A stretch of DNA of 64,000 nt, from assembly GCA_963786495.1 (NCBI GenBank), contig CAWAZL010000011.1:21216-85215 (forward strand), in the 5' to 3' direction. The notes beneath the pieces are model-generated. The model was not told where the DNA came from, made no database searches, and saw only the letters and a list, made by a program, of their open reading frames with translations. This DNA is from an uncultured bacterium (GTDB taxonomy: Bacteria > Actinomycetota > Thermoleophilia > Solirubrobacterales > 70-9). Below are positions 10,203 through 18,842 of this stretch, piece after piece. How positions within the stretch are numbered: the first letter of the stretch is position 1; each line of letters starts with the position of its first letter. The translations under genes and the position numbers were made by a program.

Positions 10203-10246
10203 CCACGCAGTATCTCGCGACGCCCAGCGTCGGCGCTATTTGAGAC

Positions 10247-10672
10247 TCAGCACGGTTTGAGATTCTCCTCAGAGACACCCAGGTCTCTGAGGGAGTCATC
10301 TCGGTGTGCGTACGCCTTGAACCATGCGCATCGTCCATCTCGCCATCGCATCACTTGCGCGTACGGCATTACGACCTCTGCGCCGCTCACGCTTCCGGTC
10401 CCGCGCAAGGTGACGAAAGCGAGGCTCTGTTCGACCAGATCGAAGTACGCCTCGTCCTCGACGTGAAAGCCTGTCCACGCCTCAACGATGTCGCCCAGCC
10501 ACTGCCGCGCCCCCTCGTGGCCTCGGTAGATAGCGCCACCAACCGCAGTGAAGACCGAGTGGATCTCGATCTGCGGGTCGCAGACGGCTACTGGCGCTTC
10601 GGCGTCGCGCGCATTGAAGGCTGAATTCAGGCGGCGATGGCGGGCCACATTGCTTTGTGACATGACTCCCAA
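10247..10672 (-). CDS. SnoaL/NTF2-like small protein (copy 3, tandem to copy 2)
   Basis: 141-aa ORF with the same architecture: ...YRGHEGARQWLGDIVEAW..., ...VTLRGTGSVSGAEVVMPYAQVMRWRDGR. Confidence 0.5.
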   Translation of the reverse strand: MGVMSQSNVARHRRLNSAFNARDAEAPVAVCDPQIEIHSVFTAVGGAIYRGHEGARQWLGDIVEAWTGFHVEDEAYFDLVEQSLAFVTLRGTGSVSGAEVVMPYAQVMRWRDGRCAWFKAYAHRDDSLRDLGVSEENLKPC

Positions 10673-10690
10673 CGTATCTCGTGATGCGGG

Positions 10691-11152
10691 TCAGGCCGCG
10701 CGGCGTTCAGCCAAGCGGACCGCCGCGTAGGCGACTTCCAGCTCGTAGCCGCGACGGGCGAGGAATGCGAGGGCTCTGCCCCGGCCCGAGTCGTCGTCGA
10801 GATCGTCGTTTCGCCGGTTGAGCAGGTCCGCCGCTCGCTCGGCGAGCTCGTCCTGGCTCTCACCGCCCGCGGCCGCCTCGGCGATTGGCCGCGCAACGCC
10901 TTTCTCGACCAGCGCCTCGCGGATCCTGGCGGGGCCCCAGCCATTAAGCTCGCGCTTGTCCTGCGCGAAGAGCGAGGCGTACCGCTCGTCGTCCAGCTGA
11001 CCGATCTCGATCAGGCGCTCGATCGTCTCCGCGGCCTCAGCCGGGTCGGCTTCGCGCTTGGCCAGCAAGGCGCGGAGCTCCGCGACCGTGTGCTCCCTGC
11101 GCGAGAGCGCACGGAGCGCGAGCTCGAAGGCGCTCTTCTCTCGTCCCGGCAT
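10691..11152 (-). CDS. recX: RecA regulator RecX
   Basis: 153-aa helical-repeat ORF directly downstream of recA. ALRALSRREHTVAELRALL..., LDDERYA. Confidence 0.85.
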   Translation of the reverse strand: MPGREKSAFELALRALSRREHTVAELRALLAKREADPAEAAETIERLIEIGQLDDERYASLFAQDKRELNGWGPARIREALVEKGVARPIAEAAAGGESQDELAERAADLLNRRNDDLDDDSGRGRALAFLARRGYELEVAYAAVRLAERRAA

Positions 11153-11170
11153 GGACGCAGCCCGCGCGGG

Positions 11171-12307
11171 CTACGCCGCCTTGCGCTCGGGCTCGGCGTC
11201 TTCTTCAGCGATCGCGGCCGGGGCTTCCTCGGCCGCTTTCGGAGCGTCGGGCACTGCCGCGATCGGCCGCGGCTCCCGCTCGATGTCGAGCAGCTTGAAG
11301 ATCTTCGTCTCGATCTCCTGCGCCAGCTCGGGGTTCTCGGCCAGATAGCCCTTGGTGTTGTTCCGCCCCTGGCCGAGCCTGAGCTCGCCGTAGCTAAAGA
11401 ACGAGCCGGACTTCTGGATCAGGTCGTGCTCGAGCGCGAGGTCGAGGAGGCAGCCCTCGTGAGAGATGCCCACGCCGTACTCGATGTCGAACTCGGCTTG
11501 GCGGAACGGCGGCGCGACCTTGTTCTTCACGACCTTGATGCGGACCCGGTTGCCGACGGCCTCGGTGCCCTCCTTGAGGGTCTCGATGCGGCGAATGTCG
11601 AGGCGCTGCGACGAGTAGAACTTGAGCGCGCGGCCACCCGGCTGCGTCTCGGGCGAGCCGAACGTGACGCCGATCTTCTCGCGGATCTGGTTCGTGAACA
11701 GGCAGACGGTGTTGGCGCGGTTGAGGTTGCCGGCGAGCTTGCGCATCGCCTGAGACATCATTCGCGCCTGGAGGCCGACCGACTGGTCGCCCATCTGGCC
11801 CTCCAGCTCGACGCGCGGGGTCAGCGCCGCGACGGAGTCGACAGCGATGACGTCGACCGCGCCCGAGCGCACCAGGACATCGACGATCTCGAGCGCCTGC
11901 TCGCCATAGTCGGGCTGGGAGATCAGGAGATCGTCCGTGTTGAGCCCGATGCGGCGGGCGTAAACGGGGTCGAGAGCGTGCTCGGCGTCGATGAACGCGC
12001 AGACGCCGCCACGCTTCTGCGCCTCGGCCATGATGTGGTAGACGAGCGTCGTCTTACCGGAGGACTCCGGGCCGAAGATCTCGACTACACGGCCGCGCGG
12101 GACGCCACCCACGCCGAGCGCAAGGTCGAGCGAGAGCGCGCCGGTGGGGATTGACTCGACCTCGAGGGCGCTTTGCCCGCTGAGGGTCATGAGCGAGCCG
12201 GCCCCGAACTCCTTCTCGATGTGGATCTTGGCGGCGTCGAGCGCTGCCGTGCGGGCCTTCGCTTCCTTCTCCGCTGCCTTCTGGTCTGCCTTCGTTTGTT
12301 CAGCCAT
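11171..12307 (-). CDS. recA: Recombinase RecA
   Basis: 378-aa ORF. Walker [22 protein letters not shown], and the L2 region. Its ATG overlaps the thpR stop by 8 nt. Confidence 0.97.
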   Translation of the reverse strand: MAEQTKADQKAAEKEAKARTAALDAAKIHIEKEFGAGSLMTLSGQSALEVESIPTGALSLDLALGVGGVPRGRVVEIFGPESSGKTTLVYHIMAEAQKRGGVCAFIDAEHALDPVYARRIGLNTDDLLISQPDYGEQALEIVDVLVRSGAVDVIAVDSVAALTPRVELEGQMGDQSVGLQARMMSQAMRKLAGNLNRANTVCLFTNQIREKIGVTFGSPETQPGGRALKFYSSQRLDIRRIETLKEGTEAVGNRVRIKVVKNKVAPPFRQAEFDIEYGVGISHEGCLLDLALEHDLIQKSGSFFSYGELRLGQGRNNTKGYLAENPELAQEIETKIFKLLDIEREPRPIAAVPDAPKAAEEAPAAIAEEDAEPERKAA

Positions 12308-12887
12308 TCTTCTCTTTCACCTCAAGTTCAAAATTGCAAAGCGGCACGTATTGAGAGCCATCGCGCCGCATCATCGAACGGTAAAGACAGAGTCGGACAG
12401 CAAGGAACTCGCCCCCCAGGTCCTCAGGGAGGGGCTCAGGAGGCCTCTCTACGCGTAAAGGACGACGACGCTGCCCAGCCCTGGATTTCTCATTGCGCAC
12501 CCGCGCGACCGTCACATGCGGCCAGAAGAGGCGCTTCTCGTCCTCGGCGAGCCCCAGTTCGCGAAATCGGGCTGAAACCTCGCCGGCCAGGACTGTCGCC
12601 TCCGGCGCCTCGGCTTCGATCGCGAACAGCGAAGGCCTGCGTGGTGGCTTCGCAACAGGCTCTCGGAGGAGCCGAACGCTCACAGGCCGTGGCTCGACCG
12701 CCTGGATTACCTCCTTGGCTTCGTCGACTCGCTCGGGCGGCGTCCAGCCCAGAAAGCAGACGGTCATGTGGAGCGCTTCCGGGCGCACTGGCCGAAGGGC
12801 GGGATCAGTGAGCTCGCGAGCGCTCCATGCGTCCAGTCCATCGCGGACCTCGTCCGGCAGGTCGAGAGCCGCGAAGAGACGTTCCAT
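12300..12887 (-). CDS. thpR: 2H phosphoesterase, RNA 2',3'-cyclic phosphodiesterase / 2'-5' RNA ligase (LigT/ThpR)
   Basis: Two HxTx motifs (HMTV, HVTV). I start it at ATG 12887 ([11 protein letters not shown]), which shares one base with the upstream stop (TGATG). The Arg-rich 160-aa extension in ORF 12300-13370 overlaps the hydrolase gene, so I discard it. Confidence 0.75.
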   Translation of the reverse strand: MERLFAALDLPDEVRDGLDAWSARELTDPALRPVRPEALHMTVCFLGWTPPERVDEAKEVIQAVEPRPVSVRLLREPVAKPPRRPSLFAIEAEAPEATVLAGEVSARFRELGLAEDEKRLFWPHVTVARVRNEKSRAGQRRRPLRVERPPEPLPEDLGGEFLAVRLCLYRSMMRRDGSQYVPLCNFELEVKEKNG

Positions 12888-13978
12888 CAAACCTCGCGCA
12901 GGAAGCCGACGAGATCGCGGGCAAGCAACTCCGGCTCCTCCCATGCCGCGAAGTGGCCCCCGCGATCGTGCTCGGTCCACTGGCGCAGGTCGCCCAGCGT
13001 GCGCTCGGCCCACTCGCGCGGCGGGTGGAGGATCTCCTGTGGGAATTCCGCGACCGCGGCCGGGACGCTGATCTTCTCTCCCGCGCCGAGCTTCCAGCGG
13101 TTGCGCGCCTCGGCTGCGTACAGGCGGATCGAGCTGGAGATCGTGCCCGTCGTCCAGTAGATCGTGAGGAAGTCGCAGAGCTGGTCGAGCGTGAACCGCG
13201 TCTCGACATCGCCTCCGCAGTCGGACCAATCGCGGTACTTGGAGACGAGCCATGCCGCAAGGCCGGCGGGCGAGTCGTTGAGCGCCGGCGCGAGCGTGTC
13301 TGGTGCCTGCCCCTGCGTGAGCATGTAATACGCGCCGCGCGTGCGCCACTTGGCAGCCTGCGCGAGCCACGCCTGCTCGGCTTCCGTCAGGTCCGAGAGG
13401 TCGGCCGGGAACGGCAGCACCGACGGTGAATTGATGTGGAGCGCCGAGACACGTTCGGGCGAATCGAAGGCCATTCGCGCCGCCATGACCGTTCCCCAGT
13501 CCCCGCCCTGGACGGCGTAGCGGTCGATGCCAAGGCCCTCTTCGACGAGCTCACGAAGCAGAGCGGCCACGCCCGAGCCGCTGAGCGGTTCAGAGGGGGC
13601 GTCCGAGAACCCATAGCCGGGAAGCGACGGAGCGATCACCTGGTGGCCCGCTTCGACCAGAAGCGGAATCAGCCGCTCGAACTCGAGCACCGCCCCTGGC
13701 CAGCCGTGGACCAGCACGATCGGCTGGCCCTCACCCGCCCGGATGAAGTGGATGCCCTCCCAAATCCCATTCTCGAACTCGTTCAGCCTGCTCTCGGTAG
13801 CCCGCCAGTCGTAGTCGGAAGCCCAGTGCTCACAGAGGCGCCGCAGGAACCCCTGGTCCATCCCATAGTCCCAGCCGAGATCAGGCGCCTCGGGCCAGCG
13901 AGTCCTTTCCAGGCGCTCGCGGAGGTCGTCGAGGGTCGCCTCGTCGACCGAGATCTCATAGGCGGAGGGCTTCGCCAA
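12887..13978 (-). CDS. Epoxide hydrolase-like alpha/beta hydrolase (EHN N-terminal domain)
   Basis: 363-aa ORF. ...RTRWPEAPDLGWDYGMD..., HGWPG oxyanion motif, GGDWG nucleophile elbow. Confidence 0.75.
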   Translation of the reverse strand: MAKPSAYEISVDEATLDDLRERLERTRWPEAPDLGWDYGMDQGFLRRLCEHWASDYDWRATESRLNEFENGIWEGIHFIRAGEGQPIVLVHGWPGAVLEFERLIPLLVEAGHQVIAPSLPGYGFSDAPSEPLSGSGVAALLRELVEEGLGIDRYAVQGGDWGTVMAARMAFDSPERVSALHINSPSVLPFPADLSDLTEAEQAWLAQAAKWRTRGAYYMLTQGQAPDTLAPALNDSPAGLAAWLVSKYRDWSDCGGDVETRFTLDQLCDFLTIYWTTGTISSSIRLYAAEARNRWKLGAGEKISVPAAVAEFPQEILHPPREWAERTLGDLRQWTEHDRGGHFAAWEEPELLARDLVGFLREV

Positions 13979-13981
13979 AGC

Positions 13982-15289
13982 TCAGAGCGGGAAGTCCTCG
14001 CCCAGGAGGAGGCGGCGGGTCAGATGCATGGCGAGGAGCGCCGAGCGCTCGCGCACGTCCGCGCGCGTCCCGGGCATGACGGGGTCGCGGGCGATCTTGT
14101 CGCCATTGGCGGTCTTCACGCACACACACACGTAGCCGACCGGCTTCTCCTCGGTGCCGCCCGAGGGCCCGGCGATGCCGGTAATCCCGACGGCAATGTC
14201 CGCGTCGTACTCCTCGAGCGCGCCGTCTGCCATCGCCTCGGCGACCTCGGGAGAGACTGCACCGTGCTCGGCGATCAGCTCTGCCGGCACGCCCAGCACC
14301 TTCGTCTTCGACTCGTTCGTGTAGGTCACGGCGCCGCCCATGACGTATGCCGACGCGCCGTCCAGATCCGTCAGCCGTGCCGCAAGAAGGCCGCCTGTGC
14401 ATGACTCAGCCGTCGCGATCCGGTGCCCGGCAAGGAGGTTTGCGAGTTGCGAGTCGATGGTCTCGCCGTCGCGGCTGAAGAGGAAGCGGCCGTGGCGCTC
14501 ATCGATGCCCGCGATGAGCTCGGCAAGCGCGTCTTCTGCGCCAGGGCGGTGGCGAATCTCGATCTCAAGCTCGCCCTTACGAAGGCAGGTCGTGATCTCG
14601 AGCTGGTCGAGGGCAACGCCGCCATCCTCGATCTCGCGCAGGCTCTTTGCGATCTCGGACTCGGGGAGGCCGAAGAGGCGAAGCATTACGCCCGCGTAGG
14701 GCTCCGCCCGGTCCAGGACCTCGCTGACGAGGTCCGTCTCGACCGCGATCGGCCACATGGCGTGAAGCTCGCGCGGCGGCCCCGGCATGACGACCACGAC
14801 GGGGCCATCGTCGACGGGAACCACCAGGCCGGGCGCAGTTCCGGCGGGATCGATCAACGTAGAGCCCTCGGGCACCACGGCCTGCTTGCGGTTCGCCTCG
14901 CGGAGCGCCTCGGGGTCAAAGTTGAGCCGGCGCGCGAAGCTCGCCAGGATCTTCGCGATCTTGTCCTCCATGGCCTCGTCGAGCACCATCTCGCGCCCTG
15001 CAAACGTGCCTACGACCTGCGCGGTGAGGTCGTCGGCCGTGGGTCCCAGACCTCCGCTGGTGACGATCAGGTCCATGCCGTCGTCGCCAAGGAAGCGGAG
15101 CGCCTGCTCGAGGTCTGACGGCCGGTCCCCCACGACGACGATGTGGGAGACCTCCACCCCGCGCCCCGCGAGCTCCTGTGAGATCCAGGGGCCGTTCTTG
15201 TCCTGGATCGTCCCGGTGATGACCTCGGTGCCGGTCACGACGATCCCGGCGCGAACGGGTCTGGAAGGCGATTCGCTCACGGCGCCCAC
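13982..15289 (-). CDS. cinA: CinA (MoCF-like domain + NMN deamidase PncC domain)
   Basis: 435-aa ORF. GIVVTGTEVITGTIQDKN, SGGLGPTADD, and C-terminal TAESCTGGLLA. Confidence 0.85.
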   Translation of the reverse strand: MGAVSESPSRPVRAGIVVTGTEVITGTIQDKNGPWISQELAGRGVEVSHIVVVGDRPSDLEQALRFLGDDGMDLIVTSGGLGPTADDLTAQVVGTFAGREMVLDEAMEDKIAKILASFARRLNFDPEALREANRKQAVVPEGSTLIDPAGTAPGLVVPVDDGPVVVVMPGPPRELHAMWPIAVETDLVSEVLDRAEPYAGVMLRLFGLPESEIAKSLREIEDGGVALDQLEITTCLRKGELEIEIRHRPGAEDALAELIAGIDERHGRFLFSRDGETIDSQLANLLAGHRIATAESCTGGLLAARLTDLDGASAYVMGGAVTYTNESKTKVLGVPAELIAEHGAVSPEVAEAMADGALEEYDADIAVGITGIAGPSGGTEEKPVGYVCVCVKTANGDKIARDPVMPGTRADVRERSALLAMHLTRRLLLGEDFPL

Positions 15290-15314
15290 TCTACGGAGGG
15301 CGGTGGTGCCGCGG

Positions 15315-16295
15315 CTAGGGCGCGATCTCGAGGCCCAGCGGGTTGTTGAACCCGGAAAGGCTCAGAGGCGTCCGGTCGCCGCTCTTCAGGTCAACCCGGT
15401 ATATCCCACCCGCCGTGGTGCCCCCGTTGCAGCATCTGGAGATGAACGCTTCATCCTTGCTGGCTATGGCGAGGGCGCCGGGGACGAACTCACCACCCTT
15501 GAAGATCGTCTTCGTCTTGCCTGTATCGAGGTCCACACGGAACAGCGCTCCGGTGAAGTTGAACGCGCCGCTGTCTGCCACCAGCGCGCTGTGCTTGTTC
15601 TCGACGTCCACGTCTACGAGGTCCTCGAAGTCTCCCTTGGTCGAGATGACTGTCTGCTTCCCTGAATCCAGGTTCACATCGATCAAGCCGCCGCTCAGCC
15701 GGAGGTTGCTCTTCTTTGAGCCGGCGTCCGCGATGAGAGCATGCTTGAGGCTGGTGTCGATGCCGAGCGGGTCGCCGATGTTCTTTCCTGCGCTGACGAG
15801 TGTCTGCTTGCCTGTGGCGAGGTTCACCTTGGTCAAGCGCGAGGGCTTGTTGCCGAAGTCAGTCACGTAGGCGTTGTTGCCCTTGCGGTCGACCGCGATC
15901 GGTTCGTTGAAGCGCTCTTCCCCGCCCGCGCCGACGGAGATCGCGTTGGTGGAGACCACGGTTTGCGCCGCGGTGACGCTGTCGATGCGGATCAGGGCGC
16001 CTTCGCCGGCGGCAGCGGCATTACGGTCAATGACGAGGATGTCACCGTCGTCGGCGAAAGAGATTCCCGCGGGGAACACCATGTTGCCACCGGTCGAGAC
16101 GTGCGAAACGGATCCCGTTACGGGATCTACGGCTTCAATTTGCTGATCCAACGAGTCGGCGACGATGATGTCGCCCGGGTTCCAAAACGTGGGCGCTCCC
16201 TGACTCGAGCTCGGCCCCGCAATGACCGCGACCCCAAGCGCAAGCGTCAGTCCTGCGATCAGCTTTCCCTTGCCCTTGCGCGCCGTCCCTGTCAT
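15315..16295 (-). CDS. Secreted beta-propeller repeat protein (NHL/YncE-like)
   Basis: ORF 15315-16337. I prefer ATG 16295 (MTGTARKGKGKLIAGLTLALGVAVIAG) with GGAGGG 5 nt upstream. It has a signal peptide, then about 6 degenerate repeats (...VADS..D..I..VD..TG...). Confidence 0.55.
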   Translation of the reverse strand: MTGTARKGKGKLIAGLTLALGVAVIAGPSSSQGAPTFWNPGDIIVADSLDQQIEAVDPVTGSVSHVSTGGNMVFPAGISFADDGDILVIDRNAAAAGEGALIRIDSVTAAQTVVSTNAISVGAGGEERFNEPIAVDRKGNNAYVTDFGNKPSRLTKVNLATGKQTLVSAGKNIGDPLGIDTSLKHALIADAGSKKSNLRLSGGLIDVNLDSGKQTVISTKGDFEDLVDVDVENKHSALVADSGAFNFTGALFRVDLDTGKTKTIFKGGEFVPGALAIASKDEAFISRCCNGGTTAGGIYRVDLKSGDRTPLSLSGFNNPLGLEIAP

Positions 16296-16343
16296 CGAAC
16301 CCTCCGTAGCTTTCGATCCTTGCCGAGCAAGGAGCATAAACCC

Positions 16344-16901
16344 CTAGCCCTGACGGCTCCGAGTGACGCTCAGCTCAGGCGACGCCGACAGTGTCTGCAA
16401 GACGACGCAGTAGCGCTCGGTCAGTTTGATGAGCGTGTCGAGCTGCTCCTCGTCGGCGTCCGTGTCGAGGTCGAAGGCGAGCGAGATCGATGAGAAGCCG
16501 ACAGGCGTCTCCCGATCGACGGCGAGCGTTCCCCTGAAGTCGAGGACGCCATCCGCCTTGACCGTCCCACCCTCCACCGGGATCTCGAGCGAGGTGGCGA
16601 CTGAGCGAAGCGTTACTCCCGCGCATGCTGCCAACGCCTCGAGCAACATGTCGCCGGAGCAGAGCTGGGTCCCGTCGCCGCCGGTCGCGGGGTGGAGCCC
16701 GGCCTCGGCGATCGCACGCCCCGTCTCGACCGAGCAGGAGATCCCCTCACCGAGCGACGCCTTTGCCGACAATGTGATCAGGGCAGCGTCCGGATCGTCC
16801 TTGTAGCGCTCTTTGAGCGGCGTCTGCATCTCCTGAAGCTGTGTTCGGTCCAATCTTCTCTTTCCTCCATTCGTGAGAGCCCCACGGTAGTCGCCGGGCA
16901 A
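16344..16901 (-). CDS. OsmC/Ohr family protein
   Basis: 185-aa ORF. ...GGDGTQLCSGDMLLEALAACAG... and ...LTERYCVV... carry the two conserved Cys regions. The true start may be TTG 16853, preceded by GGAGGA. Confidence 0.7.
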   Translation of the reverse strand: MPGDYRGALTNGGKRRLDRTQLQEMQTPLKERYKDDPDAALITLSAKASLGEGISCSVETGRAIAEAGLHPATGGDGTQLCSGDMLLEALAACAGVTLRSVATSLEIPVEGGTVKADGVLDFRGTLAVDRETPVGFSSISLAFDLDTDADEEQLDTLIKLTERYCVVLQTLSASPELSVTRSRQG

Positions 16902-16903
16902 TA

Positions 16904-17314
16904 ATGCACTCGATGGCCGCCGACAACACCGAGACGATCCGAGCCATATACGAGCGCTGGGGTCAGGGTGACTTTTCGGTTGGGCCGGAGCACTTCGACC
17001 CGAATCTCGTCTTTGTCATGCGGCCGGAGTTCCCGGACTCGGGCACCTACCTGGGGCCTGAGCAGGTCGCCGATTACACGCGCATCTTCCTGGAGCCATG
17101 GGAGCGCATCACGATCGAGGCAACGGAGCTCATAGAGGCGGGCGACAGCGTCATCGCAGCCGTGACGCAGCGAGGTATGGGAATAGCCAGCCAAGCCGAG
17201 GTCGAGTTCAGGTACTACAACGTCTGGACCTTCCGCGGTCCCATGATCATCCGCTTCGAGACCTTCAGGGAGCGCGATCAGGCACTCACGGCCGTCGGAC
17301 TCGCGGAAAGATGA
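16904..17314 (+). CDS. SnoaL/NTF2-like small protein (copy 4)
   Basis: 136-aa ORF. NTETIRAIYERWGQGDF..., ...VTQRGMGIASQAEVEFRYYNVWTFRGPMI. Confidence 0.5.
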   Translation: MHSMAADNTETIRAIYERWGQGDFSVGPEHFDPNLVFVMRPEFPDSGTYLGPEQVADYTRIFLEPWERITIEATELIEAGDSVIAAVTQRGMGIASQAEVEFRYYNVWTFRGPMIIRFETFRERDQALTAVGLAER

Positions 17315-17391
17315 GTGGCCCCCACTCATGACACCGCGCTGAGGCTGCGGGATCCTGGTGCGGCAACGTAAATCCGCAAAAGGAGAATGAG

Positions 17392-17811
17392 ATGAAAAAG
17401 TCAGCACTGATCGCAGCAATGGCCCTGGTCGCGCTCGCTTCGGCGTCCGACGCCCAGGCGAGCACCAAGAAGTGCCCGAAGGACTCGCTTTGCCTGTGGG
17501 CCGATGAGAACTACGAGGGCAAGAAACTTGTCATCAAGGAGCCGGGCGCCTCGAACGTCGGCAAGCTGATGAACAACGAAGCCTCGTCGGTCAAGAGCCG
17601 GTACTCCAATTCGAAGAGCGACCGGGTCCTCCTGTTCGACAAGCGCGGAGCGAAGGGCGACTACCTCTGTCTCGGAGGCGGACTCGTCAGGAAGCTGCCC
17701 CAGTTGGGTGCCCCCTACGATTTCGACGAACAGGACGACCTCGGTCCTCCTGCCGAAACAGAAAGGCGACGGGCCGATCTGCGTCTAACTCTCAGGCGGT
17801 CGCGCGCGTAG
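17392..17811 (+). CDS. Secreted small protein, peptidase-inhibitor I36 (SMPI)-like; C-terminus probably frame-shifted near 17728
   Basis: SD AAAGGAGA sits before ATG 17392. Signal peptide (ALVALASASDAQA), then CPKDSLCLWADENYEGKKL...NNEASSVKS. Deleting one base at about 17728 gives ...YDFDNRTTSVLLPKQKGDGPICV with a stop at 17786-17788. That restores a second N-x-x-S-V half-motif. Confidence 0.5.
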   Translation: MKKSALIAAMALVALASASDAQASTKKCPKDSLCLWADENYEGKKLVIKEPGASNVGKLMNNEASSVKSRYSNSKSDRVLLFDKRGAKGDYLCLGGGLVRKLPQLGAPYDFDEQDDLGPPAETERRRADLRLTLRRSRA

Positions 17812-17822
17812 AGTTCGCGCTC

Positions 17823-18506
17823 ATGTCTGATCCCACCTCTGGCCCAAGGGCGCAAAGCGCGCCCGAGCTGAAGGCCCAGATCGAAGCTGAGCGTGAAGGG
17901 CGGCCGTTCCTCGTCTACCGCGATGGCGAAGACCGCCAGGTGATCCTCCCCATCGAAGAGGAGCGCACGGAGCTGTGGGTTGGCCGGCGCGAGCCGGCCG
18001 AGATCCGCCTTGATTACGACGAGGAAGTCTCCGGCCTTCACGCGCAGATCGAGTTCGTCGGGCGCAACGGCACGCTCGTGGATGACGGACTTTCGCGCAA
18101 CGGCTCCTACGTGAATGGCGAGCGGGTGCGCGGCCGGAGGCTCCTTCGCGACGGCGACGTGATGCGCTTCGGGCGGTCGCTCGTGATCTTCCGCGCGCCG
18201 CACGCCGACAGTGCCGAGGCGACAGCGATCTCGACCGACCTCTTGGAGGCGGGAGGCGTCTCGCCGGCCCAGCGTCGCGTTCTGATTGCCCTGTGCCGGC
18301 CCTACAAGGACGGCGCCGCCTTTGCCACTCCGGCTTCCAACGGCCAAATCGGGGAGGAGCTCCATCTCTCCGTCGACGCGGTCAAGACCCACCTGCGCGC
18401 GCTGTTCGAGAAGTTCGGCGTCGCCGACCTGCCCCAGAACCAAAAGCGCGTGGCGCTCATCCAACGCGCGCTGCAGACGGGCATGGTCAACGAGCGGGAT
18501 CTGTAG
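17823..18506 (+). CDS. FHA domain fused to a LuxR/GerE-type HTH (transcription regulator)
   Basis: 227-aa ORF. FHA signature ...WVGRR...IRLDYDEEVSGLHAQIE...DDGLSRNGSYVNGERV. C-terminal NGQIGEELHLSVDAVKTHLRALFEKFGV. Paralog of 48776-49399. Confidence 0.75.
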   Translation: MSDPTSGPRAQSAPELKAQIEAEREGRPFLVYRDGEDRQVILPIEEERTELWVGRREPAEIRLDYDEEVSGLHAQIEFVGRNGTLVDDGLSRNGSYVNGERVRGRRLLRDGDVMRFGRSLVIFRAPHADSAEATAISTDLLEAGGVSPAQRRVLIALCRPYKDGAAFATPASNGQIGEELHLSVDAVKTHLRALFEKFGVADLPQNQKRVALIQRALQTGMVNERDL

Positions 18507-18801
18507 ATCGAGCAGCCCCAGAGCGGTGCCTGGCTCCGAAGGTGCCTGGCACGTGACATCACCCTGAGGTGTGAAAACGTCGCCACCCGGGGGTGCGCCG
18601 GTCCCTCCCGAGGGGCTCTAGTCGCGCGAGCGATTCGGCGGCTCGCCGAAGGCGCCGCACGATGGCACCCTCGACGAGCTCAAGATCATCGCCCAGGCGG
18701 CCCGTTCGAGGACGCCACGGACACCGACGGCTGCTGGCTGCTCCTCGAAGCGGTCTACGAGTAAGCCGAGCCAGGTCCCGGATGGGGCCTGCCCGAGAAT
18801 C

Positions 18802-18840
18802 GCAAAGGGGGCCCCGCCTGGCGGGGCCCCTTTGCTTTGC
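18802..18840. terminator. GC-rich hairpin between convergent genes (candidate bidirectional intrinsic terminator)
   Basis: GCAAAGGGGGCCCCGC-CTG-GCGGGGCCCCTTTGC, followed by TTTGC. It starts 2 nt beyond the kinase stop (18843) on the minus strand. Confidence 0.5.
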
Positions 18841-18842
18841 GC

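Noticed and set aside
12308-12460. Search for a LexA/SOS box upstream of recA
   Set aside because: I saw only a TCGAAC half-site (12374-12379) and no palindromic partner at N4 spacing, and the region is thpR coding sequence.
12888-13370. N-terminal 160-aa extension of ORF 12300-13370
   Set aside because: It is Arg-rich, overlaps the epoxide hydrolase gene in another frame, and a clean ATG at 12887 forms a TGATG junction.
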